Shown here piece after piece: positions 37,440 to 50,288 of a stretch of 64,000 nt of DNA; the first letter of the stretch is position 1; each line of letters starts with the position of its first letter. The DNA is from Lama guanicoe (Eukaryota): positions 930,001 to 994,000 of the forward strand of contig MU053472.1 in the NCBI GenBank assembly GCA_013239625.1, in the 5' to 3' direction. The translations under genes and the position numbers were made by a program. Below the pieces are notes generated by a model. That model was not told the DNA's origin. It searched no databases and saw only the letters and a list, made by a program, of their open reading frames with translations.

Positions 37440-38210
37440 TCAGGGTCCAAGCTGCCCCAGAATGGGTACTTTGTCTCTCCAATAAGTCTAGGACATTTGT
37501 GACAGCAGCAAAGGCCTCCCTCTAATCATACTGGCACTCCCTGAGGCCAAGGGGTCTATCTTCCCCAGCAGTCTAGGGGTTCCAGTATCTCCCATTAGAG
37601 AGGCATTCTTTAGGCTGTTACTTTCATTAGACTGAAATCTCTCCAAGACATACTTTGTCTCTCTATTCAACTGGGATTTTACTATGCTACGGTTATACAT
37701 CTCTCCTTCCATCTAGGCCTATCTGTTAGCCACAGATTTAGAGCTCCCCTGGAACAAGGATTGTCTCCACCATCAAATTGGGATCCTCTCCCGACCCACC
37801 AGAACAGTGACTGTGTCTTCTCCATCAGACACGAATTTCCTCAAGGGTAGGGGCTCAGTTTCCCCAATCAGATTAGAAGCCCTCCACCCTGATCAGAGGG
37901 TAGGTTTCTCCAACTGGACTGGAATGCCTCCCCGATCAGAGGCTAGAACCTTCTCATAACTCTGCCCCCCCACCCCACAAATAGGCACTTTGATTCCTCC
38001 CCAAGACTTGGAGACCTTCAAGGACAGGTGTTCCACCAACAAACCAGATGCCTCTCAGATCAGAGGCTGAGTCTCTCTTATAAGACTGGGGGCCTCCAGG
38101 ATAAGGATATGATTTTTTCATAGGAGTCTGAGGGCCTCTCAGGAACAGAGGTTCCCTCACTACACTGCAAGCTCCCATACAGTAGGCTTCCCTAGGATAA
38201 GAGGTGCGTA
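37440..38210. repeat. Highly degenerate tandem repeat, ~35-45 bp unit
   Basis: Recurrent tgtctc(t)ccatcaga / tccc-tgaggg(c)a-ggg motifs, e.g. tgtgtcttctccatcagac, ttgtctccaccatcaaattggg, tttccccaatcagatt, tctcccattagag. Confidence 0.5.
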
Positions 38211-39069
38211 TCCTTTGTTCAAGGAAAGGTGCTTGGTTCCTGCTACAGTTGATCCTGACCACACCATCTGTGAACAGGACAAAGGAGACTAAAATTATCA
38301 GCCCCCTCCAGGTGCCAGCCACAGCCCCAAGGCCTTTCACATCCATTATTTCATGGCCTCACCACCATCCTGCATGGCAGATATTCTTATCCCCTTTCCA
38401 TCCATAAGATAAGACTGATACCCAGGGGTCCTGCTCCAACTCCCTCACCCTCAGCCCTGGCCTCCCCCCTCACCTCCCTCAAGCCTGCTGATTTATTCCT
38501 GTAAAAGCAGCCATATGGGCCAACTCAGGGCCAAAATCTCAGCGCTTGAAAGAAATCAGGCTACAAGCAAAGAATAAGCTGTGCACCAAGGTACATTCTC
38601 CCATCTCTTTGAGTATTCAGGACTGTGGGCAAGGGGGGGGAGGGGTCCGCAGTAACCAGGGGCCTCACGTCCTCTCTAGAAGCACCTTTTAGCTCTGTGA
38701 TTCTGCATGCACTGGGAAAGGGGGAGATGAATGGAGGAAAGGAGGGCCACTGGGGTACTCTTTGTAAATCAGATTTTATGATTCTACCTTTTTTTTTTTT
38801 TTTGGCTAAATGAAAACCTAAACCCTCTACCTCCTTTTTATATCCAAAATAGTGTCTCAACATGCTGGAGTGAGAGCAGCTATTAGCATCTCTGTAACAA
38901 ACATTGTTGTGTGTGTATGTGTGTGTGTATGTGCGTGCATGTTTAATAAAAATAGGTCCACCTCTTCTTCTAGACCAGAACTAAAAGTAGAGGGAGGTGG
39001 GGGATAAGCATCCTCTTCCCCAAAAGGAAAAGCATCAACTAATTTGAAAAATATTTAAGAAACTCTGGG

Positions 39070-39410
39070 TCGTCATCCACTCGCCTCTCCCTGCTCCATA
39101 ATTACACTGCAGTGCCTGATATTTTCATGGGACATTAAACCAGGAGTCAGGTGATGGGTTCCTTCCGTCTACGCCTATCCGTTAGCCGCCAGGCCCCCGC
39201 GGACCTTGACATTATTAATAGTCCTATTCATTAAGTATTACTCTTGTAGAATGAGTAGCATAATATTGGCCTGGAGATAGGAACAGGCAGAAGGAATAAG
39301 TCAAATTAATTTTCCGGAGCAAACGCCCCGGTTCTGTAAATGACATTCTGTACTGTTAGCATTTTAAATGTGGCACAAATGGCAGGAGACACAATTTGAA
39401 AGCAAAATAC
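39070..39410. promoter_or_regulatory. Candidate enhancer / conserved element
   Basis: Repeat-free AT-rich block with CpGs and many TAAT cores (cataatta, attattaat, cattaag, aaattaatt). Confidence 0.45.
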
Positions 39411-41014
39411 TAGAAGACATGGCTCAGGGTGGAACGTGGCAGCAGGAAAATCTAACAGCGTCGGGGACCTGGGGGTGGGAGGGTCTGGCCCATGTAGCGA
39501 CAGGAAGAGGAGGACGTTTTTTAATGGGCATTTATTTTAAATGCAGGTGTGGGAGGACGATGATAGCAGGGCAGGTATCAAGGTCTCTGTGTGTGACAGT
39601 GTGTGTGTGTGGAGTAGTGTCTTGTGGAACAGGAAGGAGAAATCAATCACAGTTTTCCTTCCCCCTCTCCTCCCTCAAGGGAAGGGTTTAGGATTGGAGC
39701 TGAGGGCTGTCTGCCACTTACTCCCCTGGTGGGAGGTTTTTCACCCCTTCCAAGCTTTTCTGACCAGGTCTAGGGAAGGTTAACTCATGCATTCTTACTT
39801 ATGTGAGGTTTGGTAGGTAAGAACACTGAACCTTCCATCCATTCGTACAACAATACATGCCATTTCTGGGACAAACCATGTTATATTTTAGAGAGTGGGG
39901 CAGGCACAAACTGGTTAGATAAGGCCCCATCCCCTAGAACCTGAGAGTCCAGTGGTTGAGTCCAGAGGTGCCCAGGTAACTGTGCTACAATGCAGCTTAT
40001 AATAAAGGCAATAAGGGAGGGAAATATAAAGGCTGTAGAGTGTTCAAGGTAGAGAGCCCATTCAAACAGAGGACGCAGCTAGAGATGATGACATTTAACC
40101 TGGGCTTTGAAGGGTGAGTAGAAGTTGGTCATGAAATAATGGAGAAGGGCAATTCAGATGAAGAGGGGGGGATGAGCCAATACTGGAGGTATCTAAGGGA
40201 GCAGCTTGAATGAGGGAGAGCGGGCTGTTGTCCAGCACAGAAGGCTTGGAAAGGGTCATCATTAGTGATGAGATTGGGAGGGCCACGCGCAGAGAATCCT
40301 GTGTGTCAGGCATCCGAAAGTGCAGACACTAGTCTGGGAAGATGGTGCCTTTTCTGAAGTCCATACTCCTGCCTCACTCTCCCCAAGACACAGGGGCAGG
40401 TGCTTGGTGGGAGCAAGGGAAGAGCACTGTGGAGTGCAGCTCATGCCTTGGATGCTTTCTGGGCCCAGACTTCTGCATCCCAGTCAGTGGCTAGGCAAAC
40501 CAGCAGCATGGTTAGAAATAAGATTGTTCCTCAACAAAATTAGATGGTAGCCAGGTAAAAAGATAAACGTCCATTCGTATGCCCCCACTATTCCCACCAG
40601 GAAGTCAGAAGCACTTTTTTTTTTCTATTTAACACTCCCTTACTTTTTTTTTTTTAAGCCCAGCATCCATCACTACCTACTTAGGTACTCTCAAGTGTAT
40701 CAAATATCCCAAGAGGATAGGCAGAACCTGCATCCTGGCCTCACTCCTGCCTGGGTATCTACATAACTATGTCCCTGTCCTCCTTACCCCAACCTCATCC
40801 AAGTTGCAGAAGGCTTTTCTCACCTCCTCTTTGAGCAAGGCAATATCTGAACTTGCCTGGATCCTGACTAGAACCTGAGGCTATTTAGGACCTGAGGAAA
40901 AAAATCCCTGTGGTATAGACCCTAGAATCCATTCTTAAGGAATTTAAGTAGCAGATATAAATACACAAACAATTCAATGCATAGCAGTGCATATTTAAAA
41001 TGTTAAATCCACAA

Positions 41015-41250
41015 TAGCCATCACTTACATAACAATCAGTATATGCCAGACACAATTCTAGGTAGCTTTACATATATTATCTCATTTAGTTTTTATATCA
41101 ACCTTAATGAGGGCAGTACTGTTATCCCCATCTTGTAGATGAGAAAACTGAAGCACATAGGAGTTAACTTGCTCAAAGTTACACTAGCAATAAGTGGCAG
41201 GTCCGGGATTTAAATCCAAGCACCTTGGCTCCAAGGCCCATGCTCTTAAT
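41015..41250 (-). mobile_element. Near full-length MIR SINE
   Basis: tatatgccagacacaattctagg...attatctcatttag...ccccatcttgtagatgagaaaactgaagc...gggatttaaatccaag...catgctcttaa. Confidence 0.9.
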
Positions 41251-41679
41251 GCCAGCTAGGGCCTAGGGGACCCAGGCCCAGGGAGGTAGTCTGGAAGGTT
41301 CTTGGGATCAGAAAAGCCACATGTGTTAGCATCTCAGACAGGGCTGAGTAACCACAAAAAGAGTCCCTTTCCCAAGTCCAGGGGAGGAGATGCTGTCTTC
41401 AGTCTGCCTGGTCCATGTTCGGCCTTGGCCTGTCTGGGGCACAGAGCTACAGAGCTGGGATGCTGACCCTTCCTAGTCCCTGCTTCTGACACTGGCGCTG
41501 TTCATGCTACCATTAAAAAGGAAGGAGTGTAATGGAAAGAGCACTGGGATGGGGGTCAAGAGCCTGACCCACCCCTATGGATCTCGGAGAAGCCGTGGTG
41601 TCTCTGAGTTTCAACTCCTCACCTGTGAAATGAAAAACTGAAACCAGGGGCTTATCTCCTAATTCTGACACACTCCTGA

Positions 41680-41850
41680 AGTGATTATCAACTTTGGATG
41701 CACACTGGAATCAATGAATCAACTGAACAGCTTTTTAAAGAATACCAACACTTGGACCACATCCTGGGCGAACTGAATCAGATTCTCTTGAGATATAACC
41801 CCAAGACAGTGGCATTTTAAAAACCTCCCCTGATTCTAATATGCATTCAT
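41680..41850. mobile_element. MER5A-like element
   Basis: caactttggatgcacactggaatca...actgaatcagattctct...ttttaaaaacctcccctgattctaatatgca. Confidence 0.7.
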
Positions 41851-42334
41851 GGTCTATAGAATCCAGGAGCATTGAAGAACTAAGGCTGCACTCTCCTTCT
41901 AGTCTAGTTAGAATTCTTAGAAACTGGTGACCAGGGCTATGGTTGGAGGGTTGTGGGGTTTACAGGTAAAAAGACGATTACAGTGGAACCAAGAATCCCA
42001 GAATAGCACCAGAACTTACAGAAAAGCAGCCTCTCAAAAATGACTGGTTAGAATCAAGCCACATTTCAGTGGACATGTCTCCAAGCCGGAAACCACAGAA
42101 GGTCTCAGGACAGTGGATGTGACTCATCCTTCTTACTCCTGGCATTCCAGACCCTTAATGGCTAGCATCTCCCCCCAGTTTTGGAGGTGCTCCTGCCATA
42201 AGTTCTCCCAGAGAACTGGGGTTCCCTCCTCCCTCCAGATCTCACTGGGGCACCACATCTTTTGGGAAGCAGTAGGGAGGAGACCTCTTCCATCCAAACC
42301 CAGAGGAGAAGCCACGTCTTCCCCTCACAGAACT

Positions 42335-42715
42335 GAATAAATACATTTAACACCGCCTCTGCCTTTTTTTCCCCAATTTAGTATTGTTTAATATGCATTT
42401 AATCAGGCCATTCGGTATTACAGTGGCTATGTAGCGTGACTCCCCCTGTGGGCACGGGGGGAGGGCGTTATAGGCCATTAGGCTAAAGTAATATGTATGA
42501 GGAGTCACTTTTCCCCAGGGCGCAGTAACTATTTTTGCTCCCCAGTCGTCCCCATTAAATCATTAAACCTCATGACTATACTTTCTGAACTCTACCATGA
42601 TCTTTAAAAAGCCAAGCATTAAAGGGCAGCTGTCACCCTCCACCGCCCAGGCCTCGCGCTTTATGTATTCACAGCATTAAGTCCTTTGTCAGTCTATACA
42701 TCATTGGTGAGGGGA
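42335..42715. promoter_or_regulatory. Candidate enhancer / conserved element
   Basis: Repeat-free; repeated CATTA(A) cores, atatgcatttaat (POU-like), cctttgt and tattgtt (SOX-like), ctgtca. Confidence 0.45.
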
Positions 42716-45215
42716 GGGGGTTGGGGGGAAGGTGGTTACAGAGCTTGAGGAGTCGACCAGGCCCAGCTTTTCCCTGGGGAGGGCCCAAGGAGTCTGATGA
42801 TAGACCCCTCCCTGAAAGAAGGCAGATTACATAGGGCTGACTGGCAAGGGGGTGAAGGCATGTGAGCCCAGGGACTGTCCGTGGTGCTGAAGTTCTATCC
42901 CACTGATGAACATTTTCCTCTCTTCCCCCTCTCTAACCAACTACATTTGGCTTTCTCAACTGGTAAGTCATTTTATAACCAAATGTATCCAGAAAAATCC
43001 CTATTTGTTTCTCTATAGTGGGTATTTTACTACCCAGGGAAAGTTGTGGAGTAGCGGAAGGATCTGTGGATTAGGATTTGAAAAGTGACTAACCTGCACA
43101 TTTGGACAAGTTTGAGCATCAGTTTCTTCAGTGGTAAATAGTAATAATGCTGACCAGACAGGATTGTTACATTTAGATGATATTGTATTTGCTAAAGTTA
43201 TTTGCAAACCATAAACACTGTGTATATAATATATATTCGTGTTCATGATAAATATTGATACTGATTTGTTTTTATCATTTAGGTAAATATTTACTGTATA
43301 CTGTTACTACCATTTATTACTGTTGTTGTGGGAAGGTCTTACTCAAGGACCATTTCCAAGGAACTTCCTTCTCCCCTAGGAAATCTCTCCCTACCAGGAT
43401 GCAAAAGAAGACTCCTACCAGTAGGGAAAAAAAAAAAAGGGTGGTTTGTTTTTACTTATTCCCCTCCTATGAGTTGAACTTGAAAGGACCGTTGAAGCCC
43501 TTTTCCCAAGACCCAGTCTTAACCCTAATTCCAGCTCTCCAATCCTCATCTCTGACACACAGGTGCTTTTCTTGTTCTGCATCCCCATGCTGGTGTCACC
43601 ATCAAAAAGCTGGGCAGGGAAGGGTTAAGCATCTCAGCAACCCCCAACAGGGTCCTCCTCACCGGCTGGGAAACAATGGAGCCATCAGTCTATATTTGAC
43701 CTTTGCTCCTGCAGCGTTTATGACTTATTCCTCTCCTACACAGCCTGCTGTGATTCAGCCTTCAATCTCCCACCCCTTGCCAGAGCAGAGCTGGCCCTCC
43801 CCCAACATCCTCCCCAGCCTCTTAGGCCTCCCTCCTTTCCCCTTCCTCACCTTCCTTCCTCACTTCTCCCAGATTCATTCTCGTCTCATTTCCCATTTGC
43901 TTGAATTTTCCCCCTCCCTGTATTTCCCCTTTAAGCTCTCCACCTCAACTTCCATTCTCTCTCTCTCTCTTTCTTTTTTACCTTTTATTCTCCTTCTTCC
44001 CTTCCTCAGTTTTCTCTTTCCCCTCTTTACATACTAATTTAGCAGGGAGCCTGCCAGACCTGGGTAGGGACTGCTAGGAAATCTCAGCTTGCCCTCTTCT
44101 CTCCCTTTAACATTCTCAAACCTACAGACCCTTCTCTGCTCATCCTCCACCCCTTACATCATTGTGTCCAAAAGTGGTCATGAGTTGGCACAACGAAGGT
44201 GTGGGGAGTGGGGAAGGAGCTGCATCCACTCATGGGATGGGGAGGTCTCAGGGGGTGGGGATGGTGTCACCCCAACCAGAGCAGAGATGAATGGAGGGTC
44301 TTATCCAGTAGGAGGAACAGGAAAAGAGCACACAGGCCCGAATATCAGAAAGAACCAGATTCCAGTCCTAGCTCATCCACCTACTGAGTGACCTCGGGCA
44401 AGCCATTTACCCTCTTTGAGATTCTTCCGGCCCTGCAAAATGGGAGTTAATAATGCCTGCCTTGATCTGGCTTGCAATGTTGTAAGGATCAAGAAATATC
44501 TGAGTGTACAACTGTGTTGTAAACCATAGAGGGCTGTATAAATACAAGGAGGGAGGGCTGTATTGTTTTTTTCTTGGCATCTCATCTGGTTGCCCTGCCC
44601 CATCCCCTGCCCCACCCTACTCTCACCCCTGCAGCTGGATGGAGGAAGCAATGGTCCCACACACCTATATAGCACCTTCCAATTTTAGAAGCACTTTGAG
44701 AGGTTTTTCACTTTTAAAACAGCCTGATGGATGGAGGATGTATCATCAGCCCCATTTTATCGATGTGGGCACTAAGGCTCAAGCAGGTTTGAAGTTACTT
44801 GTCCAAGGCCACAACACGAGTAAGTAATAAAACCAAGACTCAAGCCTAAGTTTTTGGCCTCCAAGTTCATTGCTGTTTCCATCAACCCCAGTGGTTTCTC
44901 ACTTACCCTCACAGTCCCCAGGCTAGAGGGCAACTGTCTCACCAGCCTGATACCCTCCTTGTGCCGTTCGTTTACATGCCCACCTTCCTCCAGCAATGGT
45001 GAGTTCCACGAAAGGAGAGAACAGGTCTGGTGGGCACTTAGTGAAATTGTTTGCCAAGTGAATGAATGAATGAATCCCTCCTCCTAATCACATAGTGTTG
45101 CTCCTGAGTGCAGGGCTATATCCCAGGGGTAAATTACAACTTGATCCTCTTATTCACAACTCCAGAGGGCTCTGGTCTCTGGCATGAGAGTCTCTCTGGG
45201 GGAGGAGACCAGCCT

Positions 45216-45226
45216 GCCACCCCCCA

Positions 45227-45263
<37 letters not shown>

Positions 45264-47253
45264 TCAGCCCCTGCCCCCAGCCCTGTGACAGCAGCCCCTG
45301 TAATGAATGACTCTGCAGTGGGGCCCAGCAAAAGGACAGGAGGGCATGAGACAAATCATAGCTGCCAGGCGCTAATCTTCCCCTGGGAAAGTCACCTCCA
45401 CCCCCATCATCCATCACTGGGCACTGGGCTGCCACCATACCCCGCAACGTTCACACCCAAGACAACTGCCCGGGCCCCGCGGATGCGTGTGAGAGTACAT
45501 AGAGGCAGGTTGCAGCATACATGTGGGAGCTTCTGCACACAAGCAGAGCAGCCCATGCAAAAAAACTATTGTTGCTCCACACAAGGCCCCTGCCTCCGAT
45601 CTCCCATTCCCCAGAAAAAGCAACGTCTGAGATTCTAAATAAATCCGCTGAGCCATACATTTGTTTAATTGCCTAAGAAATGTTTGTTGAGAATCTATTT
45701 CAGGTAAAGCAATGTGGTACAAAGGACACAGAGCCAAACAGAACAGGGTCTAGTCCTGAAGGAGCTCACCACCCAGCAGGGGAATTGAAAGAAGCCAAGG
45801 GACGCAGGGGGGGGAGGGACACAGCAGTGAGAGAGGGGGAGGATGGAGAGTCCAGGGAGGGGTTTCTCCCAGTGAGGGTGCAGGAAGAGCTTCATGAAGG
45901 AGGACCATGAAGGAGTTTGCAGAGACAGGAAGAAGGCAGTTGAGGGCAGGGAACAGGGTGAGCCAAAGCAGAGTGTGAAGGTGAAGTGTGCAGGTCAGAG
46001 AGGCAGGAAATTGTGCACGAAGAGGGACAATGAAAGATGAGATTGAGACCCTTCCACTGAAGGCCACACGCTCCCCCATGCCCATCGATTGCCAAAACAC
46101 ACACACAAAGCATCCCAGCATCATGAAGGAGAGGAGCAGGTCCAACTTCAGCTGTAGATCAGTGTCATGGAGATGTGTCCAGCCACGTGTACATCTTCCT
46201 CTAGAGAAGAAGCCATGGGGTTGCAGACCTACATCCACATCACGGTAGAGCCACTCTGTGCGCAGTCACCAGCACTCCCTGAGCACCGTTCTGCAACCTT
46301 CACATGCGTTATCTCCCCCTAGAACGTAAACCCCACGGGCCATCGAATGTCTTACTGCTAAATCCCCAGAGCTCAGAACAGTGCTCGGCATACAGGAGAT
46401 GTTTGATAAGCTTTCATTGAATGAATAATTGAGCTCCTGGCCCCATTTAATAGGGTTGTTGGGCTATAAATAGGTATAAACATTACCCACCCACTCTCAT
46501 TTTACAGAAGAGAAAACTCAGCCTTGGAGGCATTCAGTAATTTGCCGGAGGGGTCATGCAACTAGCAAGTGAAGGGTCCTGAATGCAAATCCAGCCCTGT
46601 CAGCAGAGCAAGCTCTCTGCCAGCAGTGCTAATAGCAGCAGCCCTACCTCTGCCTTTTATATCCCTGCAGCCATGGTTACGCTTCAAGAAGGTATAATTT
46701 GAACCTACCCTCTCGGAAGCTGCATAATCACGAACTGTGGTAACAAGGCGCTAATATACACATTTCTGCAGCTCTACAGTTACACACACTCAGTCAGCCC
46801 ACTTTAAGACAGCCCGATACAAACAAAAACAGCCAATTTCCAAAGTAGATAAATCTAGGAGGGCTCATTTGCTTTACAGAAAAATTCCCTGTGCTATGAA
46901 AAAGAAGGGTTATCCAAGGGGGTTTTTAAGTAGCCAAACTTCTCTGGGCACTGGGTGGAGTGAGAGCCCTGACATTCGTGGACCACCTTCTGTGTGCCAG
47001 GCACCTTAGGGCCCCGGAGAGGAGATACTTTTACCCTTACTTTAGAGATAGGGACACTGAAGCTCAGCTTCCACACATTTAGTCCTTCAACATTTGCTCA
47101 TTCCAGCTCTGTGCTGGGAACCAAGGCAGCCCTCGGAAAGCGGCTAGGTACAGACACATCTCTGCCCTGCCCACAGCACTTGGATTCTAATGGGAGGAGA
47201 TTGGTAATAAACAAGTAAATGAATAGGTGGACAAATCTTTGAGAAAACGTCAA
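45216..47253 (+). repeat. Tandem segmental duplication, copy 1 (2038 bp)
   Basis: Sequence and ORF track recur at +2028 bp; copy begins gccacccccc at 45216. Confidence 0.97.
45650..46070 (-). mobile_element. L2 fragment (second copy at ~47680-48100)
   Basis: aaatgtttgttgagaatctatt...aaggagctcac...gggcagggaacagggtgagccaaagcagag are reverse-strand L2 motifs. Confidence 0.7.
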
Positions 47254-49281
47254 GCCACCCCCCACCACACACACACACACACACACACTGCTCAGCCCCT
47301 GCCCCCAGCCCTGTGACAGCAGCCCCTGTAATGAATGACTCTGCAGTGGGGCCCAGCAAAAGGACAGGAGGGCATGAGACAAATCATAGCTGCCAGGCGC
47401 TAATCTTCCCCTGGGAAAGTCACCTCCACCCCCCTCATCCATCACTGGGCACTGGGCTGCCACCATACCCCGCCACGTTCACACCCAAGACAACTGCCCG
47501 GGCCCCGCGGATGCGTGTGAGAGTACATAGAGGCAGGTTGCAGCATACATGTGGGAGCTTCTGCACACAAGCAGAGCAGCCCATGCAAAAAAACTATTGT
47601 TGCTCCACACAAGGCCCCTGCCTCCGATCTCCCATTCCCCAGAAAAAGCAACGTCTGAGATTCTAAATAAATCCGCTGAGCCATACATTTGTTTAATTGC
47701 CTAAGAAATGTTTGTTGAGAATCTATTTCAGGTAAAGCAATGTGGTACAAAGGACACAGAGGCAAACAGAACAGGGTCTAGTCCTGAAGGAGCTCACCAC
47801 CCAGCAGGGGAATTGAAAGAAGCCAAGGGACGCAGGGAGGGGAGGGACACAGCAGTGAGAGAGGGGGAGGATGGAGAGTCCAGGGAGGGGTTTCTCCCAG
47901 TGAGGGTGCAGGAAGAGCTTCATGAAGGAGGACCATGAAGGAGTTTGCAGAGACAGGAAGAAGGCAGTTGAGGGCAGGGAACAGGGTGAGCCAAAGCAGA
48001 GTGTGAAGGTGAAGTGTGCAGGTCAGAGAGGCAGGAAATTGTGCACGAAGAGGGACAATGAAAGATGAGATTGAGACCCTTCCACTGAAGGCCACACGCT
48101 CCCCCATGCCCATCGATTGCCAAAACACACACACAAAGCATCCCAGCATCATGAAGGAGAGGAGCAGGTCCAACTTCAGCTGTAGATCAGTGTCATGGAG
48201 ATGTGTCCAGCCACGTGTACATCTTCCTCTAGAGAAGAAGCCATGGGGTTGCAGACCTACATCCACATCACGGTAGAGCCACTCTGTGCGCAGTCACCAG
48301 CACTCCCTGAGCACCGTTCTGCAACCTTCACATGCGTTATCTCCCCCTAGAACGTAAACCCCACGGGCCATCGAATGTCTTACTGCTAAATCCCCAGAGC
48401 TCAGAACAGTGCTCGGCATACAGGAGATGTTTGATAAGCTTTCATTGAATGAATAATTGAGCTCCTGGACCCATTTAATAGGGTTGTTGGGCTATAAATA
48501 GGTATAAACATTACCTACCCACTCTCATTTTACAGAAGAGAAAACTCAGCCTTGGAGACATTCAGTAACTTGCCGGAGGGGTCATGCAACTAGCAAGTGA
48601 AGGGTCCTGAATGCAAATCCAGCCCTGTCAGCAGAGCAAGCTCTCTGCCAGCAGTGCTAATAGCAGCAGCCCTACCTCTGCCTTTTATATCCCTGCAGCC
48701 ATGGTTACGCTTCAAGAAGGTATAATTTGAACCTACCCTCTCGGAAGCTGCATAATCACGAACTGTGGTAACAAGGCGCTAATATACACATTTCTGCAGC
48801 TCTACAGTTACACACACTCAGTCAGCCCACTTTAAGACAGCCCGATACAAACAAAAACAGCCAATTTCCAAAGTAGATAAATCTAGGAGGGCTCATTTGC
48901 TTTACAGAAAAATTCCCTGTGCTATGAAAAAGAAGGGTTATCCAAGGGGGTTTTTAAGTAGCCAAACTTCTCTGGGCACTGGGTGGAGTGAGAGCCCTGA
49001 CATTCGTGGACCACCTTCTGTGTGCCAGGCACCTTAGGGCCCCGGAGAGGAGATACTTTTACCCTTACTTTAGAGATAGGGACACTGAAGCTCAGCTTCC
49101 ACACATTTAGTCCTTCAACATTTGCTCATTCCAGCTCTGTGCTGGGAACCAAGGCAGCCCTCGGAAAGCGGCTAGGTACAGACACATCTCTGCCCTGCCC
49201 ACAGCACTTGGATTCTAATGGGAGGAGATTGGTAATAAACAAGTAAATGAATAGGTGGACAAATCTTTGAGAAAACGTCAA
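47254..49281 (+). repeat. Tandem segmental duplication, copy 2 (2028 bp)
   Basis: Junction ...gaaaacgtcaa|gccacccccc; copy ends ...gaaaacgtcaa|gttgtg at 49281. Confidence 0.97.
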
Positions 49282-50273
49282 GTTGTGATAAGGGAAGGAA
49301 GTGCACTGGGTGAGAAGAGAGTGCCGGGGTGTCTCGTGCTGATGCAGAGGCGTTAGGGAACCCCTTGGGTTCCTCCACTAGCAGCTGGCTGACTTAGTCT
49401 CTGGCTCCTGAGTTCCAGTACAGGGAAGGGAGGGAGGGAGGGAGGCGGGTAAGTAGAGAGGGAAGGAAAAAAAGAAGGAAGAAGGAGAGAGGCAGGGAGG
49501 CATTCGGCCTCTCCCTCTGTGCCACCACCTCAGCAGAAACCCAAACGGGAAGAGCTGCTAGAGACGCAAAGGGTATTCGAAGCCACTGTCCATTGCAGAC
49601 CCATCTGAAGGTAGCTCTGAAGCCCTGGCACTGATGCTCTGAGAAAACAGGAATGTGGTTTGTAAAATTCCAGCTCAGCCAGCTTGGTGGGAGCACTGGA
49701 GCCAGGAGGACTGGGGCTGTGATAGGTGAGGGAGATGCAGGCTGACGGAAGTGAGGCTTGGTGAGGAATTAAGAGCCAGACCTTCTGATTCCACTACTTA
49801 AGGGCTTGTAGCTTAGGAGGGGGTGTTCGACCTCTTTGCGCTCCAGTCTCCTCATCTGTAAGATGAGGGTGACAATCGGAGCCCACTTTGAGGGCCGTGG
49901 GAGGATTAATGGAATCAGCAGCATGCACCTTCTTGTCCCTCCCGCTCAGGTGAGATTAAAGAGGTCTTGGCATCTAGCAGGTGCAGGGATGGGAGTAACT
50001 GAGGATGCAGACGGGGAAAGAGGGCAGGAGGAAGAACTCAGGGGCAGGACTGGAGAGAGGTGGAGGGAAGAGACCCAGGGAAAGAGAAGGCAGGTGTGCA
50101 CATGGTTACACGGTTTCCCTTCAACTCCCCCAAAGCCTAATAGATTTCTAAATAGGCTTATTATCACCACCTATGAATTCTTTTAAAGGACCTAATTATA
50201 AAACACCAAACTAGCTAATTAGGTTTTCTGAGGCTCTCTGGATGGTAGTCCTGGCAAAGCCCGCAGAGCCAGA

Positions 50274-50288
50274 TCACCAGGGGGCAGC
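50274..50288 (+). promoter_or_regulatory. Candidate CTCF site
   Basis: TCACCAGGGGGCAGC vs core consensus CCASYAGRKGGCRS (one mismatch). Confidence 0.4.

Noticed and set aside
43255..44037. Longest ORF (260 aa)
   Set aside because: Non-ATG start; the Leu/Ser/Pro/Phe-rich tail comes from a pyrimidine-rich tract; no protein similarity recognised.
45108..49246. Pairs of identical ORFs suggesting duplicated genes
   Set aside because: They are chance ORFs inside the 2-kb tandem duplication, overlapping L2, MIR and CA repeats.
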